Assembly: GCF_006345805.1 (NCBI RefSeq)
Contig: NC_043004.1
Span: 100,626,001-100,690,000, forward strand
From: Octopus sinensis
Lineage: Eukaryota
Direction of reading: 5' to 3'
DNA length: 64,000 bases
Positions 53,057 through 64,000 of this stretch are shown in pieces. The notes under the pieces were generated by a model that had not been told where the DNA came from, did no database searches, and saw only the letters and a program-made list of their open reading frames with translations. Both the position numbers and the translations under genes were made by a program. The stretch's first letter is position 1. Every line of letters starts with the position of its first letter.

Positions 53057-53471
53057 GGCGCAGGAGTGGCTGTGTGGTAAGTAGCTTGCTAACCAACCAC
53101 ATGGTTCCGGGTTCAGTCCCACTGCGTGGCACCTTGGGCAAGTGTCTTCTATAGCCTCGGGCCGACCAAAGCCTTGTGAGTGGATTTGGTAGACGGAAAC
53201 TGAAAGAAGCCCGTCGTATATATGTATATATATGTGTGTGTGCATGCATGTTTGTGTGTGTGTGCTTGTCCCCCTAGCATTGCTTGACAACCGATGCTGG
53301 TGTGTTTATGTCCCCGTAACCTAGCGGTTCGGCAAAATGAGACCGATAGAATAAGTACTGGGCTTAAAAAGAATAAGTCCCGGGTTCGAGTTGCTCGATT
53401 AAAGGTGGTGCTCCAGCATGGCCGCAGTCAAATGACTGAAACAAGTAAAAGAGTAAAAGAGTAAAAGAGTA
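53057..53471 (+). mobile_element. SINE family A, full-length reference copy
   Basis: A box tggctgtgtggtaag, B box gggttcagtccc, CORE-like gtggcaccttgggcaagt, internal TA/TG tract, tail (GTAAAAGA)n. Confidence 0.93.
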
Positions 53472-53489
53472 TATATATATATATAGGAC

Positions 53490-53733
53490 AAACCAAAGAG
53501 AACCTACAATAGAGAGATGCTTTTGTTTCACTTTTAACACGTAATACTGAAATAGTGGAGATGTGATATTGCTATGGGCTCGCCCTAGGCAAAATGTTAA
53601 AATTTTTTTGCCCATGACACTCCTTGGACCCTAAGTAAGGCATATGTAAAATTTGAATGAAATTGGTTGTGTAGTTCTCAAGTTTTAGGGATTCACACAG
53701 ACAGACACACATTCTCAGTTTTATATATATAGA
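53490..53733 (-). mobile_element. Helitron-like element 5' part (same family as 3841-3973)
   Basis: Minus strand A|TCTATATATATAAAACTGAGAATGTGTGTCTG...; 3' hairpin not seen. Confidence 0.65.
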
Positions 53734-53799
53734 TTAACATATGTATATATATCCAAAATATACGCACGCAACTCACACAAACAGCTCTATCTCCGTTTC

Positions 53800-53843
<44 letters not shown>

Positions 53844-54473
53844 TCTCTCTCATGCACACACACATACATACTCGCGCGCGTGCACATATACCCATTCCCA
53901 CTTTCTCTTTCTCCCGACCCCTTTCTATCATTATCATTCTCTTACTCTCAGTATATTACTTTCGTTTTCATTTTTCCCTCTTCTCTGTCTTCTTTCTTTC
54001 CATTCTTTGTTCTTTTCTGCAGTTCCAACCTTCCTCCTTCCTTCTCACTTCATCATTTGCTTTTGTCTTTTTGTGTTTTTTTTTCAATTATATTTTCTTC
54101 ATTTATTTATTTTCTATTGTTTTCTTTCTCTCTCTGTTTCTTTTCCTTTCACTTTCTTTGATTGTCTATTTCTTTCATTTTATCTCAAATATTTCATCAT
54201 CTATCACACACAAGCACACACACATATTCTCTCTCTCTCTCTCTTCTCTCTCTTTCTTTCTTTCTTTCTCTCTCTCTCTCTCCCTGTCTTTCTCTCATCA
54301 TACTCCTTCTCCATTTCAGGTACTCCCACGCTTCTTTTTGTTTTTTTACAACTCATCTTCCTCATTCAATTTTACTTACCACCTCACAAACCCACTAACT
54401 TACCCTCACAGAGAGAGAGAGACAGAGAGACAGAGAGACAGAGAGAGACAGAGAAAGAGACAGAGAGAGAAGG

Positions 54474-54525
<52 letters not shown>

Positions 54526-54689
54526 CCCTACTATCACAACCTCTTCTGCTGTTCTTAATTCCCTGCAGGGAATTGAAACTTGAAACTCTGGCTCTAACCT
54601 GATACAGATTAAAGTTTGGCTGATTTTGTTGTTGTTTCTCTTGTTGATGATGTTTGTGTCTGTTTTTGTTGTGCCTGTTGCTGTTGTTA

Positions 54690-55090
54690 CCGTTATTTTG
54701 CAGTCTCTTGGGGGACATATATAAAGAGATGGGTTTGATGTAGGAAATCTGTGGCCTTGAGCGTGGGCTGAGAGCTGGTTGGTGGCGGTGTGCATGTGTG
54801 TGTGTGAGAAGGAGGAGATAGTTGCTCTGTGCGTGGGTAGTTTGTGGAAGACTAGATCATTCTCTTAAGGTGAAGTTGATGGCAACGTAGAATAGGATGG
54901 AGTGAGGTGGTGGAGAGGTACTCCAGTAAAGAATGAATTGTTGCAGGCTGATTTACTCGGAAAATAACTATAAATGAGTGTGTATGAGGGAAAGTGTCTG
55001 TGTGTGTAATGAGTTTTTGATTGCGTGTATGAACCTAAATGCGCTTGTGTGAGAGTGAGTATTTCTATTATTAAAAATAGCGAAGGATTA
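54690..55090 (-). mobile_element. Possible LINE APE-endonuclease remnant
   Basis: ILTLTQAHL..HFPSYTLIY..SLYICPPRD in the order of the APE motifs QETxL, FPxYTxxR and NIYIPP; weak. Confidence 0.35.
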
Positions 55091-56117
55091 AGCGTCATTG
55101 AATTTACTGTATCTTATATAAATTTGCTGTTACCGTCTGTGTCCTTGTTGCATGAGCACTCGGCAGATCTGATCGAATTGACCTATGATGAAAGATGTTT
55201 TATTTATGACCATCCAGTTTGTTTTTGTTTTGTTTTGTTTTTATAGACATTGTATATCTAAGACTAAAGTATTCAACTAATCAATTTTGCTTCATAGAAG
55301 ACGATATATGATTCGAAGAGGGTTAGCTCTTTTTTCTTCGCGGTCAAATAGTCACATAATTCCCTAGGTTACACGTCAAACGTAGTTTCTCAATATAAGG
55401 CTAAAACAGGAAGAATATAAACAAATGTTTTTTTTTAAATGCTCTTCAAGACGATTATCCCAGATTGCAGGCTTTCAAAATGAAAGTATATGAATTGTTA
55501 CAAGTGGTAAGAATTAGCGTCGCTTCCGCCTGCATATTCCAGGTACATTCGTATAGTTTTACTGAGATATAAATGTTGATGTATATCTATATTTGACAAC
55601 CAATAATTCAGATCATGACCTGAATTAATTTCTGCCATAATTCTGTTTTCTTAAACCAACCATCTTGTATAATCATTTGGTGATTACTTCATTATTGATA
55701 CGACACCAGAGTGAAAGCTATATTGCGAAAAGGAGCACAGAATAAAACTGAAATATACTTAGAGTTATCTGATATAATTCATTCGCAAGCAGTCACTTCC
55801 TGTAACAAAAATGTACAGATCTTTTCAAGATGAAAATATCACGGACAATAGTATTTCACTACAATAAGCACTTTCAAAAATTAATTTAATATCTAACCAT
55901 TTTGGGTTACATTACAAAGGCTACTACATGATTGTCACTAATAACTCCTCTTACTATTTCTTCATATATTTCAACATGGAAAGAATTATGTTATAATTTC
56001 TGCATATGCTAAAGCAATTATAGGAAATCTTGGAAAACGAGACTGTTGCTAATTTTTAGAATATAGAATATAACAAAATCCGAAGACACAGACTTTGTTT
56101 ATGCAGCCATCGTAATA

Positions 56118-56320
56118 ATGGTTTCAAATTTTGGCACATGGTCGACAATTTCAGGGGCGGGGTTAATTCGATTACATTGACCCCAGTACACGACTGGTAC
56201 TTATTTTATCGACCATGAAACAATGAAAGGCAAAGTCGACCTCAGCGGAACTTCAAAGAGGGACAAAATGAAGCTAAGCACTTTGCCCGTCGTGCAAAAG
56301 ATTCTACCAGCTCGCAACCT
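56118..56320 (-). mobile_element. SINE family B, diverged
   Basis: ctggtacttattttatcgaccatgaaacaatgaaaggcaaagtcgacctcagcggaac. Confidence 0.8.
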
Positions 56321-56618
56321 TGCAGCCATTTTAGTAATGATCACACTAGGTATAATATATTGGAACATGCTCCAACTTCACCCTGCTCTCATGAATATAT
56401 TCCATCACAGAAATCAATATGCTATGACCATTCTACAGAACAGTCAAGGGTAGATGGAATTTGCTCATAAGACTTCTGTATCACAGCCAATTAGTCTACG
56501 CAATAACACCAACAACATCATCAAGATTAGTTTTATTCAAGGGATATTCGTGTATTCACATGCATTTTCAAGACAGATAGGAGCAACTCGAAATATAAGT
56601 GTGTCTGGAGAGAGAGAG

Positions 56619-56674
<56 letters not shown>

Positions 56675-56800
56675 GACAGATGGGGACACAAACAGACAGA
56701 CCGAGACAGAGGAAGAAAGTGGTGTGAATGAAGAAACATCAATTACTCAAATAAAATCGTATTGTGCGCATGCTTATGTATGTTATATGGTCCGTGCATA

Positions 56801-57014
56801 TACTCTTTAGTCTTTACTCTTTTACTTGTTTCAGTTATTTGACTGTGGCCATGCTGGGGCACCGCCTTTAGTCGAGCAAATCGACCCCAGGATTTATTTT
56901 TGCAAGCTTAGTACTTATTCTATCGGTCTCTTTTGCCGAACCGCTAAGTTACGGGGACGTAAACACACCAGCATCGGTTGTCAAGCGATGTTGGGGGGAC
57001 AAACACAGATACGC

Positions 57015-57059
<45 letters not shown>

Positions 57060-57218
57060 ACATATATACTACGGGCTTCTTTCAGTTTCCGTCTACCAAA
57101 TCCACTAACAAGGGTTTGGTCGGCCCGAGGGTATAGTAGAAGACTCCCGAGGCTATAGTAGAAGACTGAACCCGGAACTGTATGGTAAGCTACTTACCAG
57201 GCAGTCACTCCTATGCCT
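56801..57218 (-). mobile_element. SINE family A with an internal duplication/deletion in the CORE-like part
   Basis: cccgagg(g/c)tatagtagaagact occurs twice; the gcccaagg..cgcagtggg segment is missing. Confidence 0.88.
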
Positions 57219-57255
57219 ATACATGTAGCTATAAATGAAGTATATATAAATATCT

Positions 57256-57550
57256 GTGAAGGTGCGTACCTTAGTTTTTAGAGTGTTTAGTTCATGGTCG
57301 CATGGTTCGATTTCCGGCGGCGCATTGTGCCTTTGAGCAAGACACTCTGTTGCACGTTGCACCAGTAAACTCAGCTGCAGAAATTGAATTGTTCCTGTAA
57401 TTGAAGGGTTCAGCTCTGTCACATTGTGTGTTACACTGAATCTCCTTGAGAACTACGTTGAAGGTACTTGTATCTGTGGCGTGTAACACGAGGAGACTGT
57501 TCTGTCGACCACATCGACTGGAACTGTCGTCGTCGTGACCGAAAGAATAC
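57256..57550 (+). mobile_element. Chimeric SINE: D-type head/CORE-like part with a C-type tail
   Basis: ttgagcaagacactctgttgcacgttgc (D) joined to ctgaatctccttgagaactacgtt..actggaactgtcgtcgtcgtgaccga (C). Confidence 0.7.
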
Positions 57551-57731
57551 CAGTCATGTGTGTGTGTGTGTCTTCTCTTCTCACGTGACCGCCGATCAAC
57601 TACAGCCTTTCGGCTTCTGACCAGCGCCAGAACAACAACGATCTCTTCGTCTGCCGTAAGGCATTATTTTTCTCACACACCAGCTAATTTGAATTGTCTA
57701 AAGTCGCAAGACACCTGTTGTCTTTGTTCTG

Positions 57732-57830
<99 letters not shown>

Positions 57831-58145
57831 TTTTTCATTTTTTTGTATTTATATTCGTATTACTTTTTGTTTTTTGTATTTATTTTCGTGTAAAATCGTC
57901 CGTTTTTCTGTCCTTGTTTCGTATACATTCGATCCTTTTTCCAAGAAATCTAATGCTCGTAGCTTAGTTTTTCCTTGGGGCTGGCCGGATCGGAGCGATC
58001 TCAAGATTAATCAGCCGAAATTGCGAGGATGATCCGGTTCTTGACTGAAGATTGAAGGCTTCGAATGTCCTGTCCGTGTTTTTCGTATCGTCTATTTGGA
58101 TGTTTTGCGTTCTTGTCCCATTTTATATATTTTTTATATACATAT

Positions 58146-58181
<36 letters not shown>

Positions 58182-58351
58182 CACGCAAACATACATACAC
58201 ACACATTTCGGGCTGTGCGTTTGTTGACATGCATATAAATGCCTGGATGTCCGTAGCAGGGCACACAGCACTTTAAAATATGGTAGATTCTGAATCACCG
58301 AACAATGCAATGCATAAAAGGCAGAATAAACAATTTTAGTACGAAACCAAT

Positions 58352-58764
58352 CGTGGTGTTGGTGGTGATGGTGGTGGTGGTGGTAGTGGTGCTGGTGGTG
58401 GTAGTGGTGCTGGTGGTGGTGCTGGTGGTGGTGGTGGTGGTGCTGGTGCTGGTGGTGGTGGTGGTGATGGTGGTGGTGGTGGTGGTGCTGGTGGTGGTGG
58501 TGGTGGTGCTGGTGCTGGTGGTGGTGGTTGTGGTGGTGCTGGTGCTGGTGGTGGTGGTGATGGTGGTGGTGATGTTAGTGGTGGTGGCGGTGGTGGTGGT
58601 GGTGCTGGTTGTGTGGGTGGTGGTGGTGCTGGTGGTGGTTATGGTGATGGTGATGGTGCTGGTGGTGCTGGTGCTGGTGCTGGTCCTGGTGCTAGTGGTG
58701 CATGTAGTGGTGTTGGTGGTGCTTGTGCTGGTGGTGGTTGTGGTGGTGCTGGTGCTGGTGGTGT
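58352..58764. repeat. (GGT)n/(GCT) trinucleotide array
   Basis: Direct inspection. Confidence 0.95.
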
Positions 58765-59799
58765 TTATCCATACATACATACACACTCAGCGAACGAGAG
58801 AAAGAGAGAATCAGAAATATATTTTAGGGAGAGAAAGAAAAATGTTATATCTCCAAAGTAAAAGCGAATTCCCCGAAAATAAAAGCTATATGTGCGCATG
58901 TTTATGTGCATTTTGATGGATGTATGTCTATGTCTCTCTCTGAATCTCTGTGTTCGATGTGCATTAGTTACAGAATAACACTTGGCTTCAGTCATTCGAT
59001 CCCGCAATCAATCATTGATACATTGTCAGCTGTAGCAGTGGAGACAACGTTATGACACTGGCAACAATCAGATGGGTAATAAAACAAATAGTTTACATTG
59101 AACATTTGATTCACATTTGAATAATAGCTTTATCGTATGCATTGTAAGGTGGATCATCTCACAAATATCTTGCCAATATTTGCTTCAGCTGTCTGCAATT
59201 CTTTCCAACCAGAGATCTGTTTTGATATATTTTCTATCGTACATCAATTTTTAAGTGGTTAATTCGCTTTCTTGGGTCTCAGTATTTCAATATGTGGTCA
59301 TGAGTTCCTAAGTTTTTTTGAAGTGAATATCTGAAACTGCTGAAGAATGAATTTATATTAGATGCAGAACTTTAGTGCTATGCTTCATCTTAAAAACGAA
59401 AGGAATACTAGAAAACGAACGGCTTCGATAGTCCACGTGGCTGGTAAACCACTCGCTGAAAGCTGTACGCAAATAAGCGAAGACACACAAGCATACACAC
59501 ACACATGCACACTCACATACAAACAGGGACGCAAACGTATGCGTTCATATGGATAATATCATAGAAGAGTAGAATGGAGTAAGGGTAGCAAGAGCACACA
59601 TGTAAGCGAAAAGTGTCGCTGAAGAGGTCACAGATGTGTGACGAAAGATTTCCGGACAATGGACACGGGTTAAAATAAATTAAAAAAAAAAGAACCGTAA
59701 TAAACGAGTGAAGAACAAAGATATAGTGCGTGTGTTTATTTGGCAAAAAACAAATGACCATCCCGATATACAACAATAATTTATTGCCCACAAATTTTA

Positions 59800-60027
59800 T
59801 ATTTCTTTACTACCCACAAGAGGCTAAACATAGAGGGGACAAACAAGGACAGATAAACGGATTAAGTCGATTATACCGACCCCAGTGCGTAACTGGTACT
59901 TAATTTATCGACCCCGAAAAGATGAAAGGCAAAGTCGACCTCGGTGGAATTTGAACTCAGAACGTAACGGCAGACGAAATACAGCTACGCTTTTCGCCCG
60001 GCCTGCTAACGTTTCTGCCAGCTCGCC
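59800..60027 (-). mobile_element. SINE B-prime nested in a hAT-like MITE (MITE end at 60093)
   Basis: TSD-like AAATTTTA at 59792-59799 and 60028-60035; the flanks rejoin to match 33525-33600; ggttgagaagcactg terminus. Confidence 0.85.
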
Positions 60028-60647
60028 AAATTTTAACAACAAAATTTTATACAGAACCCCAATGATCATATGGACCCCGGTTGAGAAGCACTGATATATA
60101 GAGCAATGTAAATGATATAATTTGTCGAGTTTGGTGGCATTGATTTACAATACAAGGTCTGTGTGTTCGTGTCGCACTCTCGTAGACTCTCCTCTTGGCG
60201 TCACACAGTAGGCAGCGAAGGTTCTATCGCTGCTAGAGCTTCTGGCGGTGATGAATACGATGGGTTAGCACCACTGTTGGTGGTAGAGAAGAAGGTGGAG
60301 GTATTGGTAGAAGTTTCAGTGGTGCCGATAGCTATCAAAGAGCTAATGTTGTAAATAATTGCTTTCCTTGTTTAATTCTTTTCAGCGCCTCTGTAATTTT
60401 CAATAGAAACAAGTGGTATTTTGTTAGTGCTTGTTCTTCCGTGGAATCCCTATATTTTCTTCACACGCTGCTAGGATCATATTACCAATTTCTAAGTGGA
60501 TTCTTCGCGCAATTTGCTTCTTCTTCTTCTTCTTCTTCTTCTTCTTTCTTCTTCTTCTTCTTCTTCTTCTTCTTCTTCTTCTTCTTCTTCTTGGCCTTCT
60601 TGCTGTCGCTCTCTTTGTTGTCGTTATTATTATTATTATTATTATTA

Positions 60648-60731
<84 letters not shown>

Positions 60732-61537
60732 TCTCTTTGATAGGTTGAGTGGAGAAGTTAAATACAATCCCTTTTTTTCCCTCTCTTCTTTCAGTCGTTC
60801 TTTCATTAATACAATCTTCCTTCTCCCTCTTTTCATTTCTCCGTGTGTTCGTGCATGTGCGCGAGTGTAATATGTGAATAGATGTGTCTATCCCTGTATT
60901 TGTAAAATGTGGAGATTTTTTTTTTTCAATATATTTATTTTTTCCCTTAATGTTTTGGTTACAGTTATAGCATTCGCGTTATTATGTGGAATTCTTTTCT
61001 ATCACCAATTTCAACGACCCTAGGCTATATTCCCTAAGCAAATTCCATGAAAATCAAGCTGACGAATAAATCACTCTACGGTTTTCAATTGCACTGCTTC
61101 GTATTGCGTCGTTTTGCATCGCATTTTCGTCGCTTTACATCGCATTGAACTAGTTTCCGTTCCACCAAATATCTTCTTGTATAATTTCTTTGTTTCGTTG
61201 TTTTGCTTGTTTGAGGATATTAATTGTTTCTTTGTATATCCAGTGTTGGAAATCTCGACATGAATCTACTGTGTATTACGGTGGTTTTTCTGCTCTGCAT
61301 AGGCACACACTAATCCTCTGCACACTTCCTTAAACATCACACCTATATTATATTCATGTAGCAAAATAATGTTGTACACTTCATCACAATAACCTGTGTC
61401 GCATTAAGCTTACGCCCTTACAATGCGACATCACACGGCAAAAATAACAATGTGATGAAATATGCTAAAACGCAATAAATCACTACACTGCCATTAAAAG
61501 CACCTTTATACTTAAATTATGTATTTTTTTTCCTTAA

Positions 61538-62045
61538 TGGAGGCGCAACGGCCCAGTAGTTAGAGCAGCGGACTCGTGGTCGTAGGATCACGTTTTCGAT
61601 ACCCAGACCGAGCATTGTGAGTGTTTATTAAGCGAAAACACCTAAAGTTCCACGAGGCCCTGGCACGGGGTGGTGGTGAGCCCTGCTCTACTCTTTCACC
61701 ACAACTTTCTCTCACTCTTACTTCCTGGTTCTGTTGTACCTGTATTTCAAAGGGCCAGCCTTGTCAAACTCTGTGTCACGCTGAATCTCCCCGAGAACTA
61801 CGTTAAGGGTACACGTGTCTGTGGAGTGCTCAGCCACTTGCTCGTTAATAATTGAGCTGCGACGTCACTGATGCCAATCTGTATCGGCCTTTGCTTTTCC
61901 CTTAGATAACATCGGTGGCGTGGAGAGGGGAGGCTGGTATGCATGGGCAACTGCTGGTCTTCCATAAACAACCTTACCCAGACTTGTGCCTCGGAGGGTA
62001 ACTTTCTAGGTGCAATCCCATGGTCATTAATGACCGAAAGGGGTC
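61538..62045 (+). mobile_element. Chimeric SINE: family C (61538-61849) fused to the family D 3' half (61854-62045)
   Basis: C sequence to cagccacttgctcgttaat, then gagctgcgacgtcactg..gtgcaatcccatggtcattaatgaccgaaagggg. Confidence 0.82.
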
Positions 62046-62222
62046 ACAATACTTAGAGTATGTACTTACATAGCATTTGACTGTGCACTGCTCCTCATAA
62101 ACTACCACAATGTGCCACACCATCCAACACAGCAATACACTTATATATTGTCTGTTTCAGTACTCAACACGACACAAATCTACCACAATACACTATATCA
62201 TGCAATGCATCGCATCACAATA

Positions 62223-62517
62223 CGTTAAGCCTAGCCAGGCTCATGGGCCAGGTTTCCCGGTTTCTGTGGCGTATGTGTTCTCTCCCAGCTGGACGGGACG
62301 CCAGTCCATCGCAGGGTTACTCAAGACAGGAAGAGAGAATGAGAGAAAGTTGTGGCGAAAGTGCACAAAAGGGGTCGCCACAACCCCCTGCCGGAGCTTC
62401 GTGGAGCTTTTAGGTGTTTTCGCTCAATAAATACACACAACGCCCAGTCTGGGAATCCAAACCGCGATCCTCCGACCGCGAGTCCGCTGCCCAAACCATT
62501 GGGCCATTGCACCTCCA
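62223..62517 (-). mobile_element. SINE family C head with a V-domain-like tail
   Basis: Minus strand gagtaaccctgcgatggactggcgtcccgtccag, which I recognise as resembling the V-SINE central domain. Confidence 0.78.
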
Positions 62518-63054
62518 GACTCCATATACTATACCACATGACAAAATGCAGCACAATACACTGCACGACACAAGAAACCCTAGCTCAGTACATTATGCGT
62601 ATAACAAAGTAAACCACAATGCGATACGCCACATAACGAACTACGTCACAATATAGCATACTATACATTATACCATACAACAAGCTTCACCACAGCACAC
62701 TACATCACACAACAAATTGAACTATAATATAGTATACCACATATACTGTATAGCAATAATATATAACACGGTAAAATGCTACAATATATATTCATTATAA
62801 AATGCCAGCATGAAAAATTCTGTGAGCAAGTCACAAAATGCAAAGCTAAGTTACTATCGTAACTTATGAGACATCACAACAACAAACTGTCACAATATAC
62901 ATTAGACAGCACCACACACTGCAATATTATCATACATAAGGAGGCTACATCGCAATTAAAAACATAATTAAAATACACTACTGAAACATTTCAATTAAAT
63001 CATACGTTTTACTGGGCTACATCAAATAAAAGTATCGTTATATACTGTATGGAA

Positions 63055-63431
63055 GCACTCCGTCGGTTACGACGACGAGGGTTCCAGTTGATCCGATCAA
63101 CGGAACAGCCTGCTCGTGAAATTAACGTGTAAGTGGCTGAGCACTCCACAGACACGTGTACCCTTAACGTAGTTCTCGGGGATATTCAGCGTGACACAGA
63201 GAGTGACAAGGCCGGCCCTTTGAAATACAGGTACAACAGAAACAGGAAGAAAAAGTGAGAGAAAATTGTGGTGAAAGAGTAGAGCAGGGATCACCACCAT
63301 CCCTGCCGGAGCCTCGTGGAGCTTTAGGTGTTTTCGCTCAATAAACACTCACAACGCCCTGTCTGGGAATCGAAACCGCGATCCTACGACCGCGAATCCG
63401 CTGCCCTAACTACTGGGCCATTGCACCTCCA
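63055..63431 (-). mobile_element. SINE family C, full length
   Basis: tRNA-like head tggaggtgcaatggcccagtagttagggcagcgg; tail actggaaccctcgtcgtcgtaaccgacggagtgc. Confidence 0.9.
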
Positions 63432-63657
63432 CCGTTATATACTGCACTATACGACAATAAAATATCTTAGTACATTACCAAACTATATTACAATAAACTT
63501 ATTAAAACCACAGTGTTCAACAACAAATTGTACAATGATTCACTGCAAGATACAACACTAAAATACTAGTATACGTTACCAGACTACACCAAACGTACTA
63601 CAAATGTACTACAAAGTACTTCCAAATACCTCAGTAATATCACACTTTACTAAATTA

Positions 63658-63976
63658 AAGACCCCCTTCGTTCATGAATGACCATGGGATTGCACCAAGA
63701 AGGTTTCCCTCCAAGGCTCAAGTCCGGGCAAAGTTGTTTTCTGGAAGACCGGCAGTCACCCATGCAAACCAGCCTCCCTTCTCCGCGTCACCGATGTTAT
63801 CCAAGTGAAACGCAAAGAGCGATGCAGTTCGGTACCAGTGACGTTGCAACTCATTTCTGCAGCTGAGTGAACCGGAGCAGCGTGAAATTAAGTGTTTTGC
63901 TAGAGAACACTAAACACAACCCGGTCCGGGAATCGAACTCGCTGCCTCATGATTCTGACCTCGACGCCCAAACTAC
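63658..63976 (-). mobile_element. SINE family D, near full length
   Basis: Reverse complement of the 46991-47326 family. Confidence 0.85.
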
Positions 63977-64000
63977 ATGCAGTACACTGCACTGTAGAAC

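Noticed and set aside
58613-58861. Gly/Ala-rich ORF resembling a structural (beak or cuticle-like) protein
   Set aside because: It lies inside a degenerate (GGT)n array that is open in several frames and runs into non-coding sequence

Overview
Repeat-dense eukaryotic intronic or intergenic DNA with one 100-N scaffold gap (38790-38889). The microsatellite load and SINE families point to an octopus genome (inference from pattern recognition; no search was run). No host protein-coding gene, true tRNA/rRNA gene or CRISPR array can be supported. Almost all track ORFs are translated microsatellites; the real protein homologies are retroelement remnants. These are a Penelope-like element (PLE; RT, thumb and GIY-YIG, 20.5-21.6 kb) with its 3' part inverted, an R4/Dong-type C-terminus inserted in (TAA)n (24.5-25.3 kb), an older R4/Dong RT remnant (26.5-27.1 kb) and an RTE/Rex3-like remnant (47.8-48.4 kb). 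The window also has more than 25 tRNA-derived SINE copies (informal families A-D, with domain swapping), non-autonomous Helitrons, hAT and mariner-type MITEs. The most notable signal is four minimal PLE-type hammerhead ribozyme motifs. Three (41493, 52620, 52925) lie in ~210-nt non-coding, (TA)n-embedded elements, two of them as a head-to-tail tandem, which is a retrozyme-like architecture; the fourth (52147) lies in a related 3'UTR-like segment.
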